Shown here: positions 30,218-39,397 of the stretch, piece after piece
Position numbering within the stretch: position 1 is the first letter of the stretch
Layout of the letters: every line of letters begins with the position of its first letter
Source: a virus
IMG/VR virus record: IMGVR_UViG_3300042890_005556
Reading direction: 5' to 3' (one strand)
Length of the DNA stretch: 64,000 bases
Program-made: the position numbers and the translations under genes
Notes under the pieces: generated by a model
Told to the model about the DNA's origin: nothing
The model's database searches: none
What the model saw: only the letters and a program-made list of their open reading frames with translations

Positions 30218-30821
30218 GAACCTGAATCTCTTCAGCCATCGGAGGTAGTTCTGCGGGCCTCACAGCAATATCAGCATTCAACGTCTCTACATTACAGGTG
30301 AAATAAATCCAAGTGTATCGAAAATTCCCAGAAGGAGAAGCGTTTATGACCCTATAATTGCTCGGTGATCTGTCCTGCATAGCAGCATTGAATGGCAACT
30401 GGATCACATCTCCAGTACGCAGCATCCTGTCACCGAAGAGACCGTATATCTGTCGATGGCTAAAAACCACTTCTGCTTTATTGACAGAATCGGCACCCCA
30501 CTTCTTCAATTCAGTTTCTATGGGTGAAGGCTTAAAGAACGCCTTGAGCAGCTCAGAAGTCCAATAAGTGGGATCAGCATCTTCATCCCAAACCACATCA
30601 TAATCAGCGTTATCAGTGCGGACGAATACTTTCACTTCTGCGCCACTGATATTGATCATCTCATCAGCTAAAGTTCTAGCTGTCTTTATCTCAGGAGCTT
30701 CAGAATTAAAAATCGATAGGGACGAATTTTGTTTTTCCGTGTCTGATCTAAAGTCAGGAGCGGCTTCGTCAAACGAGCCCTGTGACCCAAGCATGTCAGA
30801 TCCAAACTGATAAATAGACAT
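30186..30821 (-). CDS. neck / head-closure protein (gp14-like)
   Basis: EMINISGAEV, D.VWDED, LKKWG.D, GDVI.LP pattern. Confidence 0.75.
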   Translation of the reverse strand: MSIYQFGSDMLGSQGSFDEAAPDFRSDTEKQNSSLSIFNSEAPEIKTARTLADEMINISGAEVKVFVRTDNADYDVVWDEDADPTYWTSELLKAFFKPSPIETELKKWGADSVNKAEVVFSHRQIYGLFGDRMLRTGDVIQLPFNAAMQDRSPSNYRVINASPSGNFRYTWIYFTCNVETLNADIAVRPAELPPMAEEIQVHANGAYRESI

Positions 30822-30849
30822 GAGAAACTCCCTCTGGAGTATCTTTAAA

Positions 30850-31347
30850 TTACGATTTTATCTGCCAAGGAGGGATTGGGGGCAATATGCCACCGAGAAG
30901 CAAACCAGCCTGCACATCAGTCACGTAGGGACTTTGTTCCGGGCTTGGTATGTCTTTAAAATCAGGAGAAGGACAAAAACCTGTATCATTCATTTTACAA
31001 TAATCAAAGCTCTCAGTCACAGTCTGATCTTCTACAGCCAAACTACGCAAAATCGCATAATAATCAATAAGATTATTACAAGGACAATCTCTAGATTGCT
31101 CTGGAAATACAAAGAACCTTGTTCTCCAGCCGCCCCTGCCCCAGTCTACCCCGTACTTAACATAAGACCCAGGTATCCCTGCAAGAGCATCCTTTAAAAC
31201 CACATAACCACTACCACATTTTAACTCATTTGCATAAGCATACGATAAAGTTCTGCTTGAGACATATGAAGTAGGCTCACACCCTGGCACAATCAGACGA
31301 TTGCCGGGCAATATTTCGATTTGGTGTGATTCAAAAACTTTTGACAT
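30850..31347 (-). CDS. hypothetical Cys-containing protein in the neck module
   Basis: 165 aa, AGGAG SD. Confidence 0.6.
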   Translation of the reverse strand: MSKVFESHQIEILPGNRLIVPGCEPTSYVSSRTLSYAYANELKCGSGYVVLKDALAGIPGSYVKYGVDWGRGGWRTRFFVFPEQSRDCPCNNLIDYYAILRSLAVEDQTVTESFDYCKMNDTGFCPSPDFKDIPSPEQSPYVTDVQAGLLLGGILPPIPPWQIKS

Positions 31348-31357
31348 CTCAGGCTCC

Positions 31358-32140
31358 TTACCACGTATGAACGCTTAGTGGTTCACCTAAGAGAATGGCC
31401 TCATTAATGATTTCTTTTTTCTTTTCTTCACCCTCGGTTACCAGTTCACCACCATCATAACTTATGCTTCCACCATCTGGTGTTGGCATACCATTGATTT
31501 TACGACGACCAGCGCCGAGAGCAATTCTGGCCTCTGCTGTCATCATTTCATAAGTGAGGTATCTTGCCTGCGGTGATCTAAAATGAGTCACAACTGGGAT
31601 GTATTGGACGACCACCGGAAAGGCACCCTTTGGCGTTGGGTATAGCCTTATTTTTTGATCTTTTGAAGAAAGGCTATCGCCGGTACCAGTGCCTGTTCCT
31701 TCATTGATCACTTCCCAGTGACCCTCAGTGCCAAGCACTTTTTGGGAGAATTTTCTATAAGCAGCAAGAAGATGGTAATCGACAAGTATGTTTTGGATGC
31801 CAGATATATTACCTATATTGAAAAGAAATGACTCCGCCCCGAACACGTCATCTATTCTGGTTGTAAGTGGGTCCCAATTACAAGATTGAATCCAATATGC
31901 ATCTGCAGGCATTGGATACGTATTTTTCAAAGGCGTTGTATAAAACATGGCCAGCTTTTGCTCGCGTGGAAAGTACCCCGCGATGAAATCACCGGCCACT
32001 TTAAAGATCGTTTCCCATTGATCTTCTTGAATTTCAACGGCAACATTCGGATAGCCAAGCTTAGATAACACGTATTTCTTACACGGGTCACTGTTTAACT
32101 TTAAGACAGAAGGTAAGTCTTGAGGCCCTATAATTGCCAT
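31358..32140 (-). CDS. neck / head-tail adaptor protein (gp13-like)
   Basis: YVLSKLGYPNVAVEI..DQ, IRLYPTP, G..R.K..G.P.P.G....DG..L..EG. Confidence 0.85.
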   Translation of the reverse strand: MAIIGPQDLPSVLKLNSDPCKKYVLSKLGYPNVAVEIQEDQWETIFKVAGDFIAGYFPREQKLAMFYTTPLKNTYPMPADAYWIQSCNWDPLTTRIDDVFGAESFLFNIGNISGIQNILVDYHLLAAYRKFSQKVLGTEGHWEVINEGTGTGTGDSLSSKDQKIRLYPTPKGAFPVVVQYIPVVTHFRSPQARYLTYEMMTAEARIALGAGRRKINGMPTPDGGSISYDGGELVTEGEEKKKEIINEAILLGEPLSVHTW

Positions 32141-32208
32141 GTTTTTCTCCTTTTTATAATTTGAGTAGACATAATAACAACTATCGGAGAATATATCATT
32201 TTGCGTTA

Positions 32209-32625
32209 TTATGTTTTAACGTTTTTGGGTGCTTTACCTTTTCCCTGACCACCACTTCTTTTCCTTTTAGCTGCATTTGCTTTTTCTTTGTCTGTCATAT
32301 CTGCGGCTTTTGCTGATGGCACGCATTTTGGATACTTCCTGTCTGGGTTATCAGCGTCTGGCCTCCCACATTCAGGGTGTTTGCCATCTTTCTTTGCGCC
32401 GATGTCTACCCATTTTTCATTAAACCATGTGCTTAGATCTTCATTCCAGCTTGCCTGCTTCTTGCCTTTGGAGTCAGGCTGTGTGCCTTTGCATACTTGT
32501 ACTGCATAACCATTAGCGTAGGCACTTGGGTATTTCTTGTATTTTCTTTTAGCGGCTTCTTTGCCACGCTTACACAGCTTCGTTTCTTCTATTAGCTTTT
32601 CATATTCAAGTGTAAAAGTTTTCAA
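32209..32625 (-). CDS. basic phage protein (PSAY / WFxEKWVD / CGR / YPKCVP family, DUF5872-like)
   Basis: Lys-rich; motifs YPSAYANG, WFNEKWVDI, ECGR and YPKCVP. Confidence 0.6.
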   Translation of the reverse strand: MKTFTLEYEKLIEETKLCKRGKEAAKRKYKKYPSAYANGYAVQVCKGTQPDSKGKKQASWNEDLSTWFNEKWVDIGAKKDGKHPECGRPDADNPDRKYPKCVPSAKAADMTDKEKANAAKRKRSGGQGKGKAPKNVKT

Positions 32626-32638
32626 ATCTCTGACCTTC

Positions 32639-33166
32639 TTATCTTGGGAAATGAAAACCTCTGTTTCCGAAGATTATGCCGCTGTAATCCAGCCTGTGGA
32701 CCTTTGCATTAGCGTATAACGGAAGGTTTGGCGATGCTATGACACTATCAAGCAAGGTCTTCAACGTCTTGACTTCTGCATTTATATAAGACTTTGGAAC
32801 ATTAACATGCGGTGCAAATAACGAACCAATGTTACCTTGATTAGCACTGAAGATATTAATATCTTCATTTGTAGCTAAGTTCTCAGATGATGAATGATAG
32901 AATCCAGTTATCATCAATTGGGCCGGGTAATCACCGAATTGTGGCTTTATTGCTGATCCAAATGCCATTTGGCTCATTGCAGAGTTATGGAAACCTGTTG
33001 TGCTATCGTATTGTCCACCGCCGGGAGCTGATATATTCAGATCACTTTCTTGGCTTAAGGCATCATAAAATTCGACGGCAAGTTTTTGCAGCGACCTTAT
33101 GTGTACAAACCGCTTGCCTTGGATTGGTGTGACGCTGATATGTGCAGTAAACGGAGTCCACTTCAT
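32639..33166 (-). CDS. hypothetical, probable virion protein
   Basis: 175 aa, GGAGG SD, candidate late promoter. Confidence 0.6.
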   Translation of the reverse strand: MKWTPFTAHISVTPIQGKRFVHIRSLQKLAVEFYDALSQESDLNISAPGGGQYDSTTGFHNSAMSQMAFGSAIKPQFGDYPAQLMITGFYHSSSENLATNEDINIFSANQGNIGSLFAPHVNVPKSYINAEVKTLKTLLDSVIASPNLPLYANAKVHRLDYSGIIFGNRGFHFPR

Positions 33167-33190
33167 CTTTCATTTCCTCCGTTTGTATTT

Positions 33191-33559
33191 TTAATCCCAA
33201 GTTATTTCTACTAATTCTTCGGGAATAACCTCTACGACATCCGAAGGCAACTTAAAACCATCAAACTCTACGTGCCAGTCATCTTCTTTCACATAAGCCA
33301 CTGTTCCTGAATCGTTTGCCTTGCACTTATAGCCTATACAGTGCACTATCTGAGGTTCAGCACCTAATTGCATTGCGACTCTGCGTCTATAGAAGACGAT
33401 CTGTCCCGGTTTTAGCTTTATTGTGAGTATTTTCTTAGTGGATGATGCTAATAAAGATATTTCTGTTAGATTATGTCTGCCCATCTTCTCGAATGGGACA
33501 CCACCCATTTGTGTCACGTATTGACCGTCTGCATATCTGGCAAGCCACACTAGTCGCAT
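33191..33559 (-). CDS. hypothetical protein
   Basis: 122 aa, GAGG SD. Confidence 0.6.
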   Translation of the reverse strand: MRLVWLARYADGQYVTQMGGVPFEKMGRHNLTEISLLASSTKKILTIKLKPGQIVFYRRRVAMQLGAEPQIVHCIGYKCKANDSGTVAYVKEDDWHVEFDGFKLPSDVVEVIPEELVEITWD

Positions 33560-33612
33560 TATGACCTCTCATAAAATTACCCCGCCATTTCTGGCGGAGC
33601 CATTTGTTCTCG

Positions 33613-33915
33613 TCAATAGGGGTAGAACGTATATTCTTCGAGATAATCGTGGCTGTTTATGGAGTCAAGAGCGCTATCAGCCGCTAATTTGGAAGCGTAT
33701 TCTTCGTCTGTCATCACATCCACAGAACAAACCCAAAGACAATATCCCTGTTTACCATGCCCATCGCAACTATGCACACCTACTGGTGTGTCGAATTCGA
33801 TACCAACTTGCTTCGCAGCACTGCTGGTGAGAACTACGACCGTCGCCTGAACCGGCGTTGGTGTGCCTTGACCAACAAGCCACATCCTATCACCTTTGCG
33901 AATCGTGCGTGCCAT
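33613..33915 (-). CDS. SH3/CAP-Gly-like small protein
   Basis: KGDRM...ATVV...VGIEFDTPVG.HSCDG.GK.GYC.W. Confidence 0.55.
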   Translation of the reverse strand: MARTIRKGDRMWLVGQGTPTPVQATVVVLTSSAAKQVGIEFDTPVGVHSCDGHGKQGYCLWVCSVDVMTDEEYASKLAADSALDSINSHDYLEEYTFYPY

Positions 33916-33932
33916 TGCTAATCCTCAGATTC

Positions 33933-34496
33933 TCAAGTTTCGTCGTAGAGCCACGTGAAGGTTGCAGATCCAGTAGCACCAGGCTGAGCAGTTGATCCAA
34001 CACTCAGCTGATAAACGACATAATTTCCAAACTGTGCTGGTGTAGCCGAACCAAAAGTGATCGATCCCGTTACCGGAAACGATGGCGAGCCACCAACGTT
34101 ATATACAAATGGGTCGGCAGGTGAAGCCAGCAATGCCGTATGATTAACAAGCGTTAATTGAGTACCGCTTGTTCCTACTGTACCCTCAGCTTGGTGATAT
34201 GTTGTAGACTGATTAAAAATAGCGGCCACACCAGTGCCAAAGTTATTGGCTCCGTTCGTGTACCATCGAATATTATTGATAGTACCTGCGGGATTAGTGT
34301 AAGCTATGAGGCGAGTTGAAACCCAGTAGCTGTAATTAGTGCCAGCTGCGGGAATACGAACTGGATTACTACTTGTTGTCGCCACAGAGTAATGGTTATC
34401 GTCAGCGTTAGCCACCGTATTGCCGCCGCTAATCTCAGCTGTAACCTGTGAGACGCCTGTATTCGTGATCCTAACTATACCAATATTCGCGGCCAT
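33933..34496 (-). CDS. probable virion structural protein (Gly/Thr/Ser-rich, beta)
   Basis: 187 aa, AAGGAGG SD, ends TFTWLYDET. Confidence 0.65.
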   Translation of the reverse strand: MAANIGIVRITNTGVSQVTAEISGGNTVANADDNHYSVATTSSNPVRIPAAGTNYSYWVSTRLIAYTNPAGTINNIRWYTNGANNFGTGVAAIFNQSTTYHQAEGTVGTSGTQLTLVNHTALLASPADPFVYNVGGSPSFPVTGSITFGSATPAQFGNYVVYQLSVGSTAQPGATGSATFTWLYDET

Positions 34497-34518
34497 TCAA
34501 TCCTCCTTTAGGCATATC

Positions 34519-34552
34519 AAAAAAGCAAGAAGGGGCACATTTGTGCCCCTTC
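34519..34552 (-). terminator. intrinsic terminator
   Basis: GAAGGGGCAC-N4-GTGCCCCTTC stem followed by TTGCTTTTTT on the minus strand. Confidence 0.8.
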
Positions 34553-34559
34553 ACTTTGA

Positions 34560-34973
34560 TTAGTCGACGTCAGCGTAGGCAGTCAGAGCTGTCTTGGCAT
34601 CGTTGAACAGATCATTTGCCAGAACGGTGGCAGAAGTGTTCTTGAGGAACCTGTCGCTACCGATTTGGAAAGCGAAGTCTTCACCCGTAATGTTTTCGAT
34701 ACCAGCAGTCAAGCTCAGTTGCTTGAACGTACCGACCACGATTGGAAATCCACGGCTGACACCAGCAGCAGCCTGGCCCATGTATGGGCTGAAATCCTTA
34801 GTAGCTGTGTCGCGCGTCAAGACACCTGCCGTAATTTCCGAGCCAGGTATCACAAGAACCAACGGACGCAGGTTCTTAATGATGGCCGCTACGGAGTCGT
34901 AACGAGAAATGTTACGGCGAGTTCTTAGCGTACGAAAGACCGAAATGCTGGTGTTTAATGGTTGTGCGGACAT
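34560..34973 (-). CDS. probable abundant virion protein
   Basis: 137 aa; has its own GGAGG SD, candidate late promoter and terminator. Confidence 0.65.
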   Translation of the reverse strand: MSAQPLNTSISVFRTLRTRRNISRYDSVAAIIKNLRPLVLVIPGSEITAGVLTRDTATKDFSPYMGQAAAGVSRGFPIVVGTFKQLSLTAGIENITGEDFAFQIGSDRFLKNTSATVLANDLFNDAKTALTAYADVD

Positions 34974-35022
34974 GATAAACCTCCGTTAGTATGTGCCCAA
35001 CAGTCAATTTATTTTTGCATAA

Positions 35023-35058
35023 TAAAAATAAGGCCCAGGTTCCTAAAAACCTGAGCCT
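35023..35058 (-). terminator. intrinsic terminator after the 35088 gene
   Basis: AGGCTCAGGTT-N6-AACCTGGGCCT followed by TATTTTTA on the minus strand. Confidence 0.7.
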
Positions 35059-35087
35059 AGAACAATCAATATATCAGATATGCTTGC

Positions 35088-35384
35088 TCACTCACAGGAA
35101 GCACAACCGACGTGCACCTTCTTCTTGAACAACCCACCAAGGAGACTTCGCTTAGCCTTATGAGGAACGGCCTCAACGACCTCTTCCTTATAACCAACAA
35201 CAACAGTCTCCTTCACAGTGATTTGCTTTTCACGAACCTCAGTGACAGGAACCCGTTTGATCAAAACAGGCTTCTTAACCACCACGGTCTCCTCGACATA
35301 TGCAACGGAATACTGAGGACAGCAATCACCAGCTACAGCAGTCGAGGAACCAGCCAACAGCAGCAATGCAGCAAAACTCTTCAT
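35088..35384 (-). CDS. small exported Cys/Val-rich protein
   Basis: Signal peptide MKSFAALLLLAGSSTAVA, then DCCP, V/K/E-rich beta segments and terminal GCASCE; AGGAG SD. Confidence 0.7.
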   Translation of the reverse strand: MKSFAALLLLAGSSTAVAGDCCPQYSVAYVEETVVVKKPVLIKRVPVTEVREKQITVKETVVVGYKEEVVEAVPHKAKRSLLGGLFKKKVHVGCASCE

Positions 35385-35456
35385 GGGTATCTCCTAAAAT
35401 GTCGTGAAACATCAATCAACTGGTCTCACTGAAAATATAATACTAGGAAAAAACAC

Positions 35457-36002
35457 ATGAAACTAATACAAATATCTGAAGCTAAAGATGCCCACATAAT
35501 AAAACACCAAAGCGAAGCCATAGGAAAGTTAAAAACCTACATAACGAAATATAAAAACCAAAAAGCGATGAAAGCGATAGAGAAAATATTCAGTGATCCG
35601 GATATCAGCACTTGGAAACAAAACTCCTGGATAGTCACCGACACGATCAATAACCTAGAAAAAGATCAAAAAATAAATCAAACAGAAAAACAGAGTGCCA
35701 TAGCACAGCTTAAAACTGTACTGACAACACCACCAGCAATTATAATATCATCACTTTATAGCATTCCTAAAGAACAATTAAAAGATACTGCTCTCAAAAA
35801 CTTAAATCTAAGCCCCTCCGAAAACAAAAGACTTAAAAAGGGCTTAGGACCTCAAGGATATATCGCAGCGTTATCCTCAGCAGACAATATGCGAAGTAGC
35901 ACCTTAAAGAAAACGCTATTAGACATTTCCAAAAACAGCGACTCAACATCTCAATCAATAAGACAGTCAATACCAGGCGTTAATATCGTCAAAGACTTCT
36001 AA
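35457..36002 (+). CDS. Lys-rich hypothetical protein (possible internal head protein)
   Basis: 181 aa, AGGA SD, N-terminus MKLIQISE. Confidence 0.65.
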   Translation: MKLIQISEAKDAHIIKHQSEAIGKLKTYITKYKNQKAMKAIEKIFSDPDISTWKQNSWIVTDTINNLEKDQKINQTEKQSAIAQLKTVLTTPPAIIISSLYSIPKEQLKDTALKNLNLSPSENKRLKKGLGPQGYIAALSSADNMRSSTLKKTLLDISKNSDSTSQSIRQSIPGVNIVKDF

Positions 36003-36540
36003 ATATTTCTCTAAGATCATCAATATTAATGCCTTCAAAATCTATATAAGCATGGTTATTGCATTTCATAAACAGAAAAAGCATGTCAACCTCTTGTATC
36101 CTATCAGGCATCCCCACAATATCAAAACCGAGTACCTTGCTGAAATCATGTAACGACTTACGGCGAGCATCATCGAATATCTCATAAATGAAAGATTCTT
36201 CCTCATTCATAAAGCTGCGATAAATGCGGTATAATTTATAAGCACAAACTGGGTCGGGCCTGTTAGTATTAAAACTGCCATGAAATTCATACCTAGATCT
36301 GAATATCTCAAGATTTTTGTATAAATCATAGTCCTCAAGACACACTATCGGCTCGCACTCATATGCGATCGATAATTTTGATCTAAAATCAAAAGTCCTT
36401 CGCGCGATATAAGATTCACAATCATCCGCAAATCGTAGTTTGTCGCCAACAGCCAAAACATCATCGTGTTTTAAAGTGATGAAAAAACTGACGAAATCTT
36501 TGTTCGTCTCTATTGTTATGCAAACACAGCTTTCATTCAT
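35989..36540 (-). CDS. hypothetical protein
   Basis: GGAG SD before MNESCVC. Confidence 0.55.
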   Translation of the reverse strand: MNESCVCITIETNKDFVSFFITLKHDDVLAVGDKLRFADDCESYIARRTFDFRSKLSIAYECEPIVCLEDYDLYKNLEIFRSRYEFHGSFNTNRPDPVCAYKLYRIYRSFMNEEESFIYEIFDDARRKSLHDFSKVLGFDIVGMPDRIQEVDMLFLFMKCNNHAYIDFEGINIDDLREIFRSL

Positions 36541-36605
36541 ACTTGCATCTCCATTTAGTGTTACCACGATATGTAATTAAAATACATCATCAAACGGCGA
36601 GAAAA

Positions 36606-36911
36606 ATGGAAGAAAATCAGACCATAACACTAAAAAGACGAGTCTCGACAGACTTTATAGAGTCACTGCCACAAGATATACTGGACATTAACGTTAAAAT
36701 GTATCTGGTGGTAAAAAGAAAGCCAACCCAAGACTGTGAATATGGCGTAGACGCTAGAATAGATCCATGCGAACTAAACCTCAAAAATAAAACCATTAGC
36801 TTCACCATCAATAAGAAATATAATCCGGGCATAGAGTCTTTTGATGATCTAGAACCAACATTTTTTGAATCAGCACAAGCAGCATTCACAATTTTTTGCT
36901 ATTCATTGTGA
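36606..36911 (+). CDS. hypothetical protein
   Basis: 101 aa from MEENQT; fills the gap between minus-strand genes. Confidence 0.5.
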   Translation: MEENQTITLKRRVSTDFIESLPQDILDINVKMYLVVKRKPTQDCEYGVDARIDPCELNLKNKTISFTINKKYNPGIESFDDLEPTFFESAQAAFTIFCYSL

Positions 36912-37644
36912 TAACCTTTGGCTTCACATTCAAGAACCTGCTTGGCCTCACCGCATAATCCTCAGATCTACACCAAAAAGCAGTGGTGTAAACAGACACA
37001 GTAAGCTGAGCCAGATAAATACCCAATAACCTTTCTACAAATTTTTCCGTCCACATACCAGTATCTCGCACTTTCATCTTCTCAACCACAAGCAATAGTT
37101 TATAACCCAAAACATCCAACACCTGCCTAGTGCACATAAATTGACAATCGATAATCATCCTGGGCTTGGAATCAAAAGCGTAATTATATGCTTCGGCATC
37201 GTATTTCCGAATCATATCCCAAATGTGGGTATTCACATCAAAAGAATTCTCTGAGTACAGATCAAAATAGCGGAAATCATCAGTCAGCACCAGGTCGTTA
37301 TTAGACTTAAGACATGACGCTATGCCAAGTGACGTGTCCTCATCAATGACCTCCAATAGCCCATCCCAAGTCTCGCTAGCGCTCCTCTGCATCATTGACC
37401 GACCATTCAAAAATGCAACATGGTTGTTTCCTATTAATTGATCAGCATGCTCCCAAACAGTGAGAATAGTGCTCGCGTTGCCTATCACAGAGCTCCATGC
37501 AGAATATGTTGGGTAAAAATCTGACTTGGCTATATAATCAGCATCTACGTTAAAGTCGTCAGATATTTTTATATCTTCTACAGCGTCATGTTGTTCGATC
37601 TCTCGAAACCCTTCCGAATCCGAGAATCTTATTAGTTTTATCAT
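36886..37644 (-). CDS. GT-A-like protein, DUF4422-like (divergent)
   Basis: HVAFLNGR, CQFMCTRQVLD and FVERLLGIYL resemble the DUF4422 motifs (..F..R / NMFI / ERL); last gene of the GT cluster. Confidence 0.45.
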   Translation of the reverse strand: MIKLIRFSDSEGFREIEQHDAVEDIKISDDFNVDADYIAKSDFYPTYSAWSSVIGNASTILTVWEHADQLIGNNHVAFLNGRSMMQRSASETWDGLLEVIDEDTSLGIASCLKSNNDLVLTDDFRYFDLYSENSFDVNTHIWDMIRKYDAEAYNYAFDSKPRMIIDCQFMCTRQVLDVLGYKLLLVVEKMKVRDTGMWTEKFVERLLGIYLAQLTVSVYTTAFWCRSEDYAVRPSRFLNVKPKVITMNSKKL

Positions 37645-38465
37645 TTTGATATCAGCCCTGAATATTTCACACCCAAAACCTGTACTTCTATCCCATCATC
37701 CGATTTGAGCCTGAATCCAATTTGGCTAGACACCTCTCCAAATAGATTCCAATTCATGTGCGTTGTCAATAGCTCTGGAAATGCGGCGCTCCATTTTGTA
37801 TACAAGTATCTAAGAATCTTCCAATATTTGTTATTCTTTCCCATGCTAGTGGAATACTTACCATAGTGTATAATAGGAATGTCTGCAGAATAAACATTAT
37901 ATCCAGCCTTCCTAGCCTGCAGACTGTAGTCAATACCATAAAAATGAAATCCATCTAAACTCTCATCGAACTTTAATTTTATATCTTTTGATACAGCAAA
38001 AAAGCATTCGTCTATACAGTGTACTGCTGTTGCCTCTTTTACCCCATTCCAATATGGCACTTTGCTCACAAATTCGTCATCATCATTATAAACAGTACCA
38101 ACAGCTAGCTTTTGATTTATTTGTGTCTTGCCACCCCAGCTACCTATATCAAGAGATCCATATTTTAGATCAATCCCAGCTGCACCTATAATTTTAGTAT
38201 CCTTAGTCAATAATTTATCTAATTTTTCTAAGCTCCCTGGCAGCAACGCAATGTCTTGGTGGGCATATATTATGTAGTCTCCTCTAGCCACTTCTCTACC
38301 AGCATTTAAAGCCTGGCTAGCATTGTAAATTCCACTATAATTAAATATTGGAACGTATTCAATGTCTAGTCTTTTTTGCTTCTTTATCGACTTCAGAAGA
38401 CAATCATTAAAAATCTCTTTGTCACTTATACAGCAAACCACCGAATATTTTATGCTCTTCTTCAA
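37641..38465 (-). CDS. glycosyltransferase family 2-like
   Basis: SVVCC, ALNAG...ARGDYIIYAHQD, IDECFF, FDE..GFHFYGIDYSLQ. Confidence 0.85.
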   Translation of the reverse strand: MKKSIKYSVVCCISDKEIFNDCLLKSIKKQKRLDIEYVPIFNYSGIYNASQALNAGREVARGDYIIYAHQDIALLPGSLEKLDKLLTKDTKIIGAAGIDLKYGSLDIGSWGGKTQINQKLAVGTVYNDDDEFVSKVPYWNGVKEATAVHCIDECFFAVSKDIKLKFDESLDGFHFYGIDYSLQARKAGYNVYSADIPIIHYGKYSTSMGKNNKYWKILRYLYTKWSAAFPELLTTHMNWNLFGEVSSQIGFRLKSDDGIEVQVLGVKYSGLISK

Positions 38466-39397
38466 TTGATCATTCCATCAGCTTCTTGATGATACCCAAG
38501 ACCGCGCAATAACGTAGCACACCTGTGGTGATAAGTATGATTATTTAACACTTCTTCCTTTTGTTTTCGAGCAACGTCTTTTGCAAGATCTGGGTTACTC
38601 AAATATCGCCCGACTAAGTTTTTATAATCCTGAGCGTCTCTAGCCACCACCATTGATGGGATCATGGCTTTAATACTAGGAACAGGATCATGTATCGCTA
38701 GGACTCCTGATAAAGCTAACTTGAAAGCTCTCTCAGGTATGTCAAACCCAAATTGTTGAGTGTGTGCTTCCGATATGCATGGACCTATCTTACCGGTATT
38801 CAGAAATTGATTTGACTGATCTTCTGGTAGTCTTTCGACTTCGTGCTTCGAGGGCCATTCTCCCCAACCTTTAATAGAACATTGGTAAGTGTCAAGAACC
38901 GGCATTAGGTACTCGTCTATCGTTTTGGCCTTATACGGCCATCTGCCCCCAAGGTATACTATATCATTATGCCGCAATAAACCAAGATCATAATATTGCA
39001 ATCTATCACCAGCTACAGGCATCGGAACCCAAGGTATACAAAATACCGTTACCCAATACGACCAAATAATCGCGTCATTTTTTGAACCATACCCAAACAC
39101 TAAGTCAGCTTTGTTACTGACCACCCACTCTTTATCAGCATCACTCTCGTTAATATGGCCTATATCAATAGGCCCGTATGGATTAACATGTATGGCTACT
39201 TTCGCCCTTCTAATATTTGGTATAGGCTCTTTATGCCCAGAACAGCCAATATACACATCTGGATCAAAGCTTGACCACTGCGCTAGGTCACCAGTATATC
39301 TCTGTATCTCGTGCCCTTTATCGGCGAACGCACTCATCAGAGAGTCTGTTATATAACCCCATGCACCACCTACTCTTTTATTCATTAAGATCTTCAA
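38462..39397 (-). CDS. GT-B glycosyltransferase (CgeB/GT4-like)
   Basis: DIVYLGG, GWGEW, ERAFKLALSG, C-terminal VLNNHTYHHR. Confidence 0.85.
   Translation of the reverse strand: MKILMNKRVGGAWGYITDSLMSAFADKGHEIQRYTGDLAQWSSFDPDVYIGCSGHKEPIPNIRRAKVAIHVNPYGPIDIGHINESDADKEWVVSNKADLVFGYGSKNDAIIWSYWVTVFCIPWVPMPVAGDRLQYYDLGLLRHNDIVYLGGRWPYKAKTIDEYLMPVLDTYQCSIKGWGEWPSKHEVERLPEDQSNQFLNTGKIGPCISEAHTQQFGFDIPERAFKLALSGVLAIHDPVPSIKAMIPSMVVARDAQDYKNLVGRYLSNPDLAKDVARKQKEEVLNNHTYHHRCATLLRGLGYHQEADGMIN

Noticed and set aside
9646-32140. Bacterial contractile injection system, tailocin or T6SS
   Set aside because: gp13/gp14-like neck genes, a phage-type replication block and the absence of host housekeeping genes indicate a phage.
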